Positions 7,408-14,781 of a stretch of 32,000 nt of DNA are shown piece after piece. This stretch comes from Candidatus Korarchaeum cryptofilum OPF8 (GTDB lineage Archaea > Korarchaeota > Korarchaeia > Korarchaeales > Korarchaeaceae). The stretch lies in contig NC_010482.1 of assembly GCF_000019605.1 (NCBI RefSeq), positions 1,440,001-1,472,000 on the forward strand, in the 5' to 3' direction. The notes below the pieces were generated by a model. That model made no database searches. It saw nothing but the letters and a program-made list of their open reading frames with translations, and was not told where the DNA came from. Numbering within the stretch: position 1 is the first letter of the stretch; each line of letters starts with the position of its first letter. Both the position numbers and the translations under genes were made by a program.

Positions 7408-7445
7408 TAATACTTTCGGATTATCTTCGGCAATATGCTAATGGG

Positions 7446-8459
7446 GTGGTGAGTCAACTGCCTAAGGAACCCGAGGGGCGGGATGCCCCAGAATCTCCCG
7501 GTGAGGAGATCAGGTGCCCTAGATGTGGTAGTAAGAATGTTGTTGAGGATCCAAATACCGGAGACCTAGTCTGCCAGAACTGCGGGTTGATACTGGATTC
7601 AAGCGCACTGGACTTCTCCAAGGATTGGAGAGCCTTCGATTCGGATGAGTATATCGAGAGAGCTCATGCTGGCGCTCCCATAACGCCTCTAAGGCCAGGT
7701 TTCGGTCTAGACACCGATATAGTTCTCACTAAGGGGGCCAGTAAGAAGTCCGTGAATCTCCTGAAGAGGGCTCAGAAGCACGCTGCGGACTCCAAGGAGA
7801 AGACGATAGAGCCAGCCCTTAGGAAGATAAGGGACGCAGCTGATTCCCTAGTTCTCCCGCAGGAGACTATAGAGGACGCAGCAACCCTCTACAGGATGGC
7901 TGCCAGGGCTGGACTCGTTAAGGGGAGGAGTATGGATGCGATGGTGGCTGCCGTCATTTATGCTGCCTGCAGGAGGACGGATGTCCCGAAGACTCTGGAG
8001 GAGATATCCAAATTCTTCGCTTTGGAGGAAAAGGAGATCGGAAGGAGCTTCAGGTTCCTCTTCAGAAAATTGGGGATACAGATCCCTCCGCCCAAGCCTG
8101 AGAACTTCGTCTACCTGATAGCATCCAAGCTCTCGCTACCGGAGGAAGTGGCAACGCAGGCAATCAGGATAATAAAGATAGCGAAAAGGAACGGAGCTAC
8201 TATGGGGAGGGAACCAGTTGGAGTGGCAGCGGCAGCTGTATATATGGCCTGTCAGGAACTGGGGCTTCATAGGACTCAGAGGGAGTTAGCACAGGCAGCT
8301 AATGTCACGGAAGTCACGGTGAGGAATAGATATAAGGAGCTTATAGCGAGGGCTAGGAACGATTGGCTCGAGGAGATAGGTGAGGAGAAGCTGAACGAAC
8401 TGAAGAGGAGAGTAGCTGAGTACATGAAAGTCTCGCAGGCCGCTCAACCCGTTAAGTAA
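7446..8459 (+). CDS. tfb: Transcription initiation factor B (TFB/TFIIB)
   Basis: N-terminal zinc ribbon CPRCG...CQNCG, a B-reader/linker and two cyclin-fold repeats (DAMVAAVIYAACR, PVGVAAAAVYMACQ, TVRNRYKEL). There is no in-frame ATG before the cyclin repeats. GTG 7446 or 7449 is the most plausible start downstream of the TATA box. Confidence 0.9.
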   Translation: MVSQLPKEPEGRDAPESPGEEIRCPRCGSKNVVEDPNTGDLVCQNCGLILDSSALDFSKDWRAFDSDEYIERAHAGAPITPLRPGFGLDTDIVLTKGASKKSVNLLKRAQKHAADSKEKTIEPALRKIRDAADSLVLPQETIEDAATLYRMAARAGLVKGRSMDAMVAAVIYAACRRTDVPKTLEEISKFFALEEKEIGRSFRFLFRKLGIQIPPPKPENFVYLIASKLSLPEEVATQAIRIIKIAKRNGATMGREPVGVAAAAVYMACQELGLHRTQRELAQAANVTEVTVRNRYKELIARARNDWLEEIGEEKLNELKRRVAEYMKVSQAAQPVK

Positions 8460-8470
8460 TATATAAAAAG
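8457..8470 (+). promoter_or_regulatory. Candidate TATA box for rpoP, overlapping the tfb stop codon
   Basis: TAATATATAAAAAG lies ~35-45 nt upstream of the rpoP TTG start. Confidence 0.45.
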
Positions 8471-8501
8471 GTGTGCATAGCTCAGGCTCGGGGGTGCTCG
8501 A

Positions 8502-8645
8502 TTGTACCAATGCCTGAGGTGCGGGTACGTCTTCACTAAGGAGGAGATGGAGGAATACTTCAAGGATTTCAAGTGCCCTAGGTGCGGTTATAGGATATTG
8601 AAAAAGGTGAGGAAGGAGGAGCCGAAAGTAGTGAAGGCGATCTGA
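8502..8645 (+). CDS. rpoP: DNA-directed RNA polymerase subunit P (Rpo12/RpoP)
   Basis: Absent from the ORF track (47 codons). My translation is (M)YQCLRCGYVFTKEEMEEYFKDFKCPRCGYRILKKVRKEEPKVVKAI. It shows the CxxC...CxxC zinc ribbon and the basic ...VKAI C-terminus typical of archaeal RpoP. The TTG start is preceded by GGGGTG. An in-frame TAG at 8478-8480 limits the N-terminus. Confidence 0.8.
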   Translation: MYQCLRCGYVFTKEEMEEYFKDFKCPRCGYRILKKVRKEEPKVVKAI

Positions 8646-8646
8646 A

Positions 8647-9195
8647 ATGAGCGGTGGGAAGTCCATAAAGAGGGAGATAATATCCTTAATCGCGATACTA
8701 ATATTATTCCTGCTGATATTCCAAGTGTTAATCCCTAATATCTCAGGGGTACCTACGCCGTTCACTGTGGTGACCTCGGGCTCTATGAGGCCCACCTTAG
8801 AACCTGGGGATTTCATAATAGTAGTGGGTTGCGATCCCTATCAGCTCAAGGAGGGAGATATAATAGTTTTCAGGGTGCCTTGGTCTGAGAACATGATAGT
8901 TCATAGGATAATTAAGGTGGAGAGAGGGCCGGATGGACCTATCTTCTATACGAAGGGAGATAATAATTTGATAGCGGATCCAGGGTATAGGAAGCCATCA
9001 GATATATACGGGAAGGTCCTGACGGATGAGAAGGGGAATGTAGTATTCAGGGTGCCATGGATAGGTTACTTCCTCGAGGTGCTTCAGATACTCCCGGTGA
9101 AGCTGGCGCTAGCCGGCCTCATCGTCGGTTATCTGATATACGATTACTCGAAGGAGTTGAGATTAAGATCCGATGAGCCTCAAGGAGACTCCTAG
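8647..9195 (+). CDS. Archaeal-type signal peptidase I (Sec11/S26B)
   Basis: 182-aa ORF with an N-terminal TM helix, catalytic Ser box VVTSGSMRPTLEPGD, His box MIVHRII, GDNN box and a C-terminal TM helix. It starts 1 nt after the rpoP stop. Confidence 0.85.
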   Translation: MSGGKSIKREIISLIAILILFLLIFQVLIPNISGVPTPFTVVTSGSMRPTLEPGDFIIVVGCDPYQLKEGDIIVFRVPWSENMIVHRIIKVERGPDGPIFYTKGDNNLIADPGYRKPSDIYGKVLTDEKGNVVFRVPWIGYFLEVLQILPVKLALAGLIVGYLIYDYSKELRLRSDEPQGDS

Positions 9196-9249
9196 TCCCT
9201 GAGCTTACGCTAAGAAGTTCCGATAATTGCGGTACGCTTGAGCACCTAC

Positions 9250-9258
9250 TTATATATA
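9250..9258 (+). promoter_or_regulatory. Candidate TATA box for tbp
   Basis: TTATATATA lies ~50 nt upstream of ATG 9305. GGTGA sits 6 nt before the ATG. Confidence 0.45.
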
Positions 9259-9304
9259 GTGGTTACCGTGCCTTAAATAGGAATGTGATATATGGTGAAA
9301 AATC

Positions 9305-9940
9305 ATGTCCCTCGAAAGCGATGAGAGGGGGGATTCTTCTGAGGTAATCCCAGAGGAGGAGAGGATCCAGAGGATCCTGAAGAATATTAGGGAACCTGAG
9401 ATCGCTATACAGAATGTAGTATCTTCAGCAGATATAAGGCAGAGGTTGGACCTCCATGAGATATCTAGGAGGATTAAGAAATCTAGATATGATCCAGAAA
9501 AATTCCCTGGACTAGTTTTAAAGATAGATGAACCAAAGGCAGCCTTATTACTTTTCAGTAGCGGTAAGTTCGTTTGTACTGGGACGAAATCTGTCGAGGA
9601 GTCGGCTAAAGCTATAAATGCAGCTATAGAAGTGCTCCAGAAACATGGGATAGAGGTGAAAGGGAGGCCCCTGATAAAAGCGGAGAACATAGTTGCCTCG
9701 GCTAAACTTCACGTCAAAGTGGATATAGAGAGGCTCGCTCTCGAGCTCGAAAATACCCTTTATGAACCCGAGCAATTCCCCGGCCTCATTTTCAGGATGA
9801 AGGATCCTGATGTAGTGTTCCTCATATTCGCCTCAGGGAGCCTCGTTTGCACCGGGGCTAAGAAGGAATCCGATGTGAGGAGAGCTGTGTACAAACTCAG
9901 GGATATCTTAGCAAGGAAGGGATATCTGGTATTCGAGTAA
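9305..9940 (+). CDS. tbp: TATA-box binding protein
   Basis: 211-aa ORF with two TBP repeats: IQNVVSSADI...YDPEKFPGLVLKI...LLLFSSGKFVCTG and ENIVASAKL...YEPEQFPGLIFRM...FLIFASGSLVCTG. It is preceded by a ~30-aa acidic N-terminal extension. Confidence 0.92.
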   Translation: MSLESDERGDSSEVIPEEERIQRILKNIREPEIAIQNVVSSADIRQRLDLHEISRRIKKSRYDPEKFPGLVLKIDEPKAALLLFSSGKFVCTGTKSVEESAKAINAAIEVLQKHGIEVKGRPLIKAENIVASAKLHVKVDIERLALELENTLYEPEQFPGLIFRMKDPDVVFLIFASGSLVCTGAKKESDVRRAVYKLRDILARKGYLVFE

Positions 9941-9986
9941 TAACCTCACATTTTTATTTTATGACGATGAATTATGAGGGGAGATC

Positions 9987-11084
9987 ATGGTCAGAACGAC
10001 GGTCTCAGTTATAAAAGCGGATATCGGGGGCCTCGCGGGCCATCATATCGTTCATCCTAAGCTCAAGGAGATAGCTGCGAGCGAACTAGCTGAAGCAAAA
10101 TCCTCCAGAATCATAGAGGATTTCTACATTACCTCAGTTGGGGACGATCTACAGCTCATAATGACGCATAGGAAGGGGGTGGACAGCTCAGAGGTGCATG
10201 GGCTGGCGTGGAACACATTCAAGAAATGCGCTGATGCAGCCAAGGAACTGGGCCTCTACGGGGCGGGCCAGGATCTGCTTAAGGACGCTTTCTCCGGGAA
10301 TCTCAGGGGAATGGGACCGGGAGTGGCTGAGATGGAGTTCGAGGAGAGGCCCTCAGATCCAATAGTAGTCTTCATGGCTGATAAAACTGAGCCAGGGGCC
10401 TTTAACTTGCCGATATTCAAGATATTCGCGGATCCCTTCAACACGGCTGGGCTCGTAATAGATCCTAAACTTCACTCGGGCTTCATATTCGAGATAATGG
10501 ATGTTATTGAGAGTAAGGTGGTGGAGCTATCCTCCCCTGAGGATATGTATGATATATTATCGATAATAGGGACGCCCTCGAGGTACGTGATAAAGAGGGT
10601 CTTCAGGAAGGTCGATAGAGAGATAGCTGCCTCAATCAGCACGACGAGGCTCAGCCTAATAGCTGGGAAGTACGTGGGTAAGGATGATCCTGTTGCGATA
10701 GTAAGGGCCCAAGCAGGATTCCCGGCATTGGGTGAGATACTCGAGCCTTTCTCCTTCCCCTTCTTAGTGGCTGGATGGATGAGGGGCTCTCATGCAGGCC
10801 CTCTGATGCCAGTGAGTGAGAGGGATGCGAGGCCGACTAGGTTCGATGGCCCACCTAGGATAGTGGCCCTAGGATTCCAGGTGAAGGACTCGAAGCTCAT
10901 AGGGCCTAGCGACCTCTTCTCAGACGTAGCTTTCGATGAGACTAGGAGAATGGCGAACTTCATAGCTGATTACATGAGGAGGCACGGCCCCTTCATGCCT
11001 CACAGACTGGGCCCAGAGGAGATGGAATATACCACGCTTCCGGAAGTTCTGAAGAAATTGGAGGGGAAGTTCAGGCACGAGTGA
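9987..11084 (+). CDS. fbp: Bifunctional fructose-1,6-bisphosphate aldolase/phosphatase (class V FBPase)
   Basis: 365-aa ORF. The N-terminus TVSVIKADIGGLAGHH and the overall length are characteristic of the archaeal FBP aldolase/phosphatase family. Confidence 0.9.
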   Translation: MVRTTVSVIKADIGGLAGHHIVHPKLKEIAASELAEAKSSRIIEDFYITSVGDDLQLIMTHRKGVDSSEVHGLAWNTFKKCADAAKELGLYGAGQDLLKDAFSGNLRGMGPGVAEMEFEERPSDPIVVFMADKTEPGAFNLPIFKIFADPFNTAGLVIDPKLHSGFIFEIMDVIESKVVELSSPEDMYDILSIIGTPSRYVIKRVFRKVDREIAASISTTRLSLIAGKYVGKDDPVAIVRAQAGFPALGEILEPFSFPFLVAGWMRGSHAGPLMPVSERDARPTRFDGPPRIVALGFQVKDSKLIGPSDLFSDVAFDETRRMANFIADYMRRHGPFMPHRLGPEEMEYTTLPEVLKKLEGKFRHE

Positions 11085-11757
11085 ATGATGCTATTGGTTC
11101 AGCCAATTCCCTTATTTTTCTTTGAGGATCCGGGCTTTTAGTTACTGCTGAAGCCACAAGGACCCCGTAGCTTCCTAGCTCTAAAGCCGCTTTGACATCA
11201 TCACCGCTCGATATTCCAGCGCCGCAGAGGAGGGGTATAGCAGAATTTATCGCCTTAACGGACCTCAGGGAATTCAATATTACCTCCGGTTTCGCTTTAG
11301 ATACGGGAATCCCGCTACCTATGAGTTCAGGCGGCTCCACAGCTATCGCATCCGGCAATAAAGCAGCAACGGCAGCGGATTCGGATGGAGTGGGTGAACA
11401 AACTATTGAGATAAGATTCAAATCCCTCATCATGTTTATAGATTCAGCTATGTGCCTCAAGGGGATCTGCTTCTCCGAATGATTTAGGAGGGAGCCCCTC
11501 GCACCGGCTTCCTTAACTAGGATAGGGGGGACGTGTCCTGTATAAGCGCCTGCTGGTATCGGGTCCACATGCTGTGCGAATACAGGTATCTCAACGGAGG
11601 AGGAAATAAGTCTGAGATCCACTATATTCGGGGATACTCCTATCAGAACTCCCATCTCCCTCCAGATCCTCTCAGCCGACTTGGATATCTCAACTGCTCT
11701 ATCGCCCGATGACTCCATGTACGCCTTGAAGTTTATCAGCAGTCTCGGTATATGCAT
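11071..11757 (-). CDS. tpiA: Triosephosphate isomerase, short archaeal type
   Basis: Motifs LLINFKAY, LLNHSE and a CGAGIS-type phosphate loop. The first ATG is 11757; the ORF track's TTG 11772 adds 5 residues. The 3' end overlaps the fbp 3' end by 14 nt. Confidence 0.88.
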   Translation of the reverse strand: MHIPRLLINFKAYMESSGDRAVEISKSAERIWREMGVLIGVSPNIVDLRLISSSVEIPVFAQHVDPIPAGAYTGHVPPILVKEAGARGSLLNHSEKQIPLRHIAESINMMRDLNLISIVCSPTPSESAAVAALLPDAIAVEPPELIGSGIPVSKAKPEVILNSLRSVKAINSAIPLLCGAGISSGDDVKAALELGSYGVLVASAVTKSPDPQRKIRELAEPIASFTRA

Positions 11758-11802
11758 AGGTCGCAAGAGCAAAGCTAATTTATTAGGCTATCCTATTGCT
11801 TG

Positions 11803-12411
11803 ATGCACCTCGGACTAGATGAGGGGTCTTTCTTAGTCAGGCTGGCGAGGATGTCCATAGTCTCGTTCTTCGCGAATAGGGAGATTTTAGAGATAAAGCC
11901 ACCATATCCGAAGCTTGAGGAGAAATCAGGGGCATTTGTAACTCTTAATACATATCCTGAAGGTGAGCTCAGGGGATGCATAGGGTTTCCGGAGCCCATA
12001 TACCCTCTATACAAGGCGGTGGTGAGGGCAGCTTTAGCGGCGGCATTCGAGGATCCGAGGTTCCCTCCCCTATCGGAGGATGAGATCGATAGGGTCACTA
12101 TAGAGGTCTCGGTTCTCACTCCCCCCGAGAGGATAGATACGATGGTGAGCAGAAGGGAGGAGCTCCCAGAGCTCATAGTTGTAGGAAAGCATGGGTTGAT
12201 AGTGAGGAGAGGGCGCCTTTCCGGACTTCTACTTCCACAAGTAGCTGTTGAATATTCCTGGAGCCCTGAGGAGTTCTTGGATCAGACTTGCATTAAGGCT
12301 TGGATGCGCCCGGGTTGCTGGCTCTCAGAGGGAACAGAGGTCTACAGGTTCTCGGCATTAGTTTTCGCTGAGGAGAGCCCCAATGGAAAGGTAGTAATCA
12401 GGGAACTATAG
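11803..12411 (+). CDS. AMMECR1-domain protein
   Basis: About 202 aa. It has the hallmark GAFVTL...LRGCIGF motif and the LLLPQV motif. ATG at 11803; a TTG lies one codon earlier. Confidence 0.85.
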   Translation: MHLGLDEGSFLVRLARMSIVSFFANREILEIKPPYPKLEEKSGAFVTLNTYPEGELRGCIGFPEPIYPLYKAVVRAALAAAFEDPRFPPLSEDEIDRVTIEVSVLTPPERIDTMVSRREELPELIVVGKHGLIVRRGRLSGLLLPQVAVEYSWSPEEFLDQTCIKAWMRPGCWLSEGTEVYRFSALVFAEESPNGKVVIREL

Positions 12412-13572
12412 ATGCTGAGGGCATACATATCCCCCCTAGGCATAGGGTACGGCCACGCTTCTAGATGCGCGAACCTAGCTGATAGATTGATGGAGGAGGG
12501 ATTCTCAGTATATTTCTCAGCGAGGGGGGATGCCTACTCTTACCTAAAGGCGAGCAAGTTCGAGGTGCTGGGAGGAGGAGACGAGATCTTATGGAAGAGC
12601 AAGGAAGATGGATCCCCGGATTTCTGGGGGACCCTCAAGGATCCGAGTATACTGAGAGAATTCATATCACAGATCTTGGAGGAGAAGAAGAATCTTGAGG
12701 CGATATCTCCTGATGTAGTGGTCTCGGATTCTAGGCTGCAGACACTCATCGCATCAGAGTATTTAGGTCTTCCCACGGTCTCGGTGTTGAATCAACCTAA
12801 GCTATTGCTTCATCCACTCATAGGTAGATGGAGGAGGGAAATTCTTGGGAAATCTTTGGCTAAAAAAGTCGAATTTATAGTAAATTCTATGATAACTAGA
12901 TTCTGGGCTGTTTCTCAGGCTACTATAGTTGCAGATTTTCCCCCTCCATTCAGCATATCTAAGTATCACACATCGGGCCTCCCCAAGGCCCTAATGGATA
13001 GGCTAGTCTTCTCAGGCCCCTTAATAGAGCCCAAATGCGGTGAGGAGGAAGGAGATATAGTTTTGATAATGATATCGGGGCCCGAGGCGGAGAGGAAGCC
13101 TTTAATCTCAGAGCTCCTGGATTTCATTAAGGAAGTGCCAGAGGATCTCAGAGGGCTGGAATTCGTCATCTCTCTGGGAGATCCAGGAGATCTCAAGGTA
13201 GAGAAGCTATCCGATAGAGTTACAACCTACAGCTGGCTCCCGAATAAGTGGGACTTCCTCTCCAAGGCTAAGGTCGTGGTCTCGAGAGCTGGTCATACGA
13301 TAATTTCGGAGGCCCTCCTATGCGGAAAACCGTTGCTTCTGATTCCAGTTCCCGGCCAGACGGAGAAGATCGAGAACGCGAAGAACGTTCAGGAATTAGG
13401 GCTGGGGATCAACTTGGATCAGGAGAAAATTAAAAAGGATTTCTTCAATCATCTGAGGACCCTTCTTGAGGACGATGGGTTCTCGAAAAGGGCCATGGAA
13501 TTCAGAAAAAGGTTCTCAGACTGGGATTTCTTGGGAAGAGCTGTGGGCGTGATTGAGAGCGTTATCTATTGA
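12412..13572 (+). CDS. GT-B fold glycosyltransferase (MurG/UDP-glycosyltransferase-like, GT1/GT28)
   Basis: 386-aa ORF. N-terminal GIGYGHASR loop and C-terminal donor-binding motif SRAGHTIISEALLCGKPLLLIPVPGQTEKIENA. Its ATG immediately follows the AMMECR1 TAG. Confidence 0.7.
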   Translation: MLRAYISPLGIGYGHASRCANLADRLMEEGFSVYFSARGDAYSYLKASKFEVLGGGDEILWKSKEDGSPDFWGTLKDPSILREFISQILEEKKNLEAISPDVVVSDSRLQTLIASEYLGLPTVSVLNQPKLLLHPLIGRWRREILGKSLAKKVEFIVNSMITRFWAVSQATIVADFPPPFSISKYHTSGLPKALMDRLVFSGPLIEPKCGEEEGDIVLIMISGPEAERKPLISELLDFIKEVPEDLRGLEFVISLGDPGDLKVEKLSDRVTTYSWLPNKWDFLSKAKVVVSRAGHTIISEALLCGKPLLLIPVPGQTEKIENAKNVQELGLGINLDQEKIKKDFFNHLRTLLEDDGFSKRAMEFRKRFSDWDFLGRAVGVIESVIY

Positions 13573-13607
13573 CCTCTGAGGGTATAAATCGGCTCATGAT
13601 TGCTTAA

Positions 13608-13626
13608 TTTTTCAAAGGATCCTTTG
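13608..13626 (+). terminator. Oligo-T tract plus 14-bp palindrome between the convergent GT gene and tRNA-Leu
   Basis: TTTTT (13608-13612) is followed by the perfect palindrome CAAAGGATCCTTTG (13613-13626). Confidence 0.4.
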
Positions 13627-13640
13627 AGCCTGAAATTGGA

Positions 13641-13725
13641 TGCGGGGGGTGGGATTTGAACCCACGCGAGCCTGATGCTCACCAGCTCCTAAGGCTGGCG
13701 CCTTGGACCTCTCGGCCACCCCCGC
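13641..13725 (-). tRNA. tRNA-Leu (anticodon UAG), class II
   Basis: Minus-strand sequence GCGGGGGTGGCCGAGAGGTCCAAGGCGCCAGCCTTAGGAGCTGGTGAGCATCAGGCTCGCGTGGGTTCAAATCCCACCCCCCGCA. Anticodon arm CCAGC-CTTAGGA-GCTGG, long variable arm, T arm GTGGG-TTCAAAT-CCCAC. 85 nt. Confidence 0.9.
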
Positions 13726-13747
13726 CACTCATCACCTAACTGGATAC

Positions 13748-13757
13748 CTATTTAATC
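13748..13757 (-). promoter_or_regulatory. Candidate TATA box for tRNA-Leu
   Basis: The minus strand reads ATTAAATAGG, centred ~27 nt upstream of the tRNA 5' end at 13725. Confidence 0.45.
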
Positions 13758-13794
13758 ATTCCCTCATCTAGAACCTGCTGCATGAGTTGAGCAG

Positions 13795-14781
13795 TCAATC
13801 TAAGATACTCTTCATCACACGCTGAATCTGCTTTATGTCATCTATAACGAAGTATTTGCTGCCTCCAATTCTCGCTATCTCCTTGCATAGGACTGATCCC
13901 CTCGAATCCCTCTTCCCCCTCGTGTGTATGACGCATAAGTTCTTGAAGCGCCTCGCGACTTTCCTAGGATCCTCGCCCACGTTATACTCCCCATCAGTTA
14001 TGAGGAGGTACTTAGGGTTCTTGAGATGATATGATATCTCTAATCCCTTTTTGAGGCCATCAGATATATTCGTATATCCGATAGGGACTAAATCAAGTAT
14101 CTCCTCAATCACTTTCACGGAGTCCTTATTCTCCGCTGGAGATTTTATCACGAATGCCGTGCTGTTGAATCCCACGACACCATACCTTCCGCTCCTCAGC
14201 TTATGGGATGCTATAGCTGCTATCATCATCGCTATTAATATCTTCTTTCCGGTCATCGACCCGCTTGAATCTAAGATCATTATGAGGGACTTATCCCTTT
14301 TCCTCTTATCAGAGGCCACTATATCTTCGTATCTCATCTCATCAACTTTCTTACACTTCTCTATCATCCTCTCAATTGTTTTCTCTAGATCGAACTCCAT
14401 CCCCGGGGAATAGGCTACAGAGTATTCCTTAGAATTTACCGAAAACCCCCTCGAATCTCCGGAAGATATCTTTATCACTATTTTAGCTATCAATCTCTTG
14501 AAGAGAGATCTGGATCTCTCATTAAGCTTCCATCTCACCTGCCTATACAACTTAACAGCTGCTTCAGGGTCCCTCTCCATCGAAAGAATCGCCCTCTCTG
14601 GAAAACCGCTCTCAGAGATCAATTCGGCTATCAATATCTGACTGTAGTTTGAGAGAGCCAAAAGACCATTCAGGTCGCCATTAATCAGATAATAATTTGC
14701 TATCTCCTTAATTTTATCGTAATCTAAGTTAATAAATTCCCTCTGATGCAGAACACGAGCTTTCTCAAATTCCGACGTCAT
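13795..14781 (-). CDS. von Willebrand factor A (VWA) domain protein, partner of the MoxR-type ATPase
   Basis: 328-aa ORF. The C-terminal half has the MIDAS motif LIMILDSSGSMTG and downstream T/D positions (GYTNISDG, LLITDGE). The N-terminal ~150 aa have no motif I recognise. Its ATG overlaps the upstream TGA (ATGA). Confidence 0.75.
   Translation of the reverse strand: MTSEFEKARVLHQREFINLDYDKIKEIANYYLINGDLNGLLALSNYSQILIAELISESGFPERAILSMERDPEAAVKLYRQVRWKLNERSRSLFKRLIAKIVIKISSGDSRGFSVNSKEYSVAYSPGMEFDLEKTIERMIEKCKKVDEMRYEDIVASDKRKRDKSLIMILDSSGSMTGKKILIAMMIAAIASHKLRSGRYGVVGFNSTAFVIKSPAENKDSVKVIEEILDLVPIGYTNISDGLKKGLEISYHLKNPKYLLITDGEYNVGEDPRKVARRFKNLCVIHTRGKRDSRGSVLCKEIARIGGSKYFVIDDIKQIQRVMKSILD

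Noticed and set aside
7173-7445. AT-rich spacer as a replication origin
   Set aside because: I could find no ORB or mini-ORB-like inverted repeats (TCCAnnGGAAA-type), and no orc1/cdc6 gene is adjacent. The AT-rich blocks look like BRE/TATA elements instead.
8286-8816. 176-aa minus-strand ORF spanning the tfb 3' end, the tfb-peptidase gap and the signal peptidase 5' end
   Set aside because: It is antisense to three well-supported plus-strand genes (tfb, rpoP, signal peptidase). It has a low-complexity, Leu/Pro/Ser-rich translation with no motifs, which is typical of shadow ORFs.
9250-9690. 146-aa minus-strand ORF opposite tbp
   Set aside because: It is antisense to the strongly supported TBP gene and has no motifs. 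The same applies to the other 60-170-aa antisense ORFs in the track, for example 22678..23187, 14051..14413, 28400..28738 and 31720..31971.
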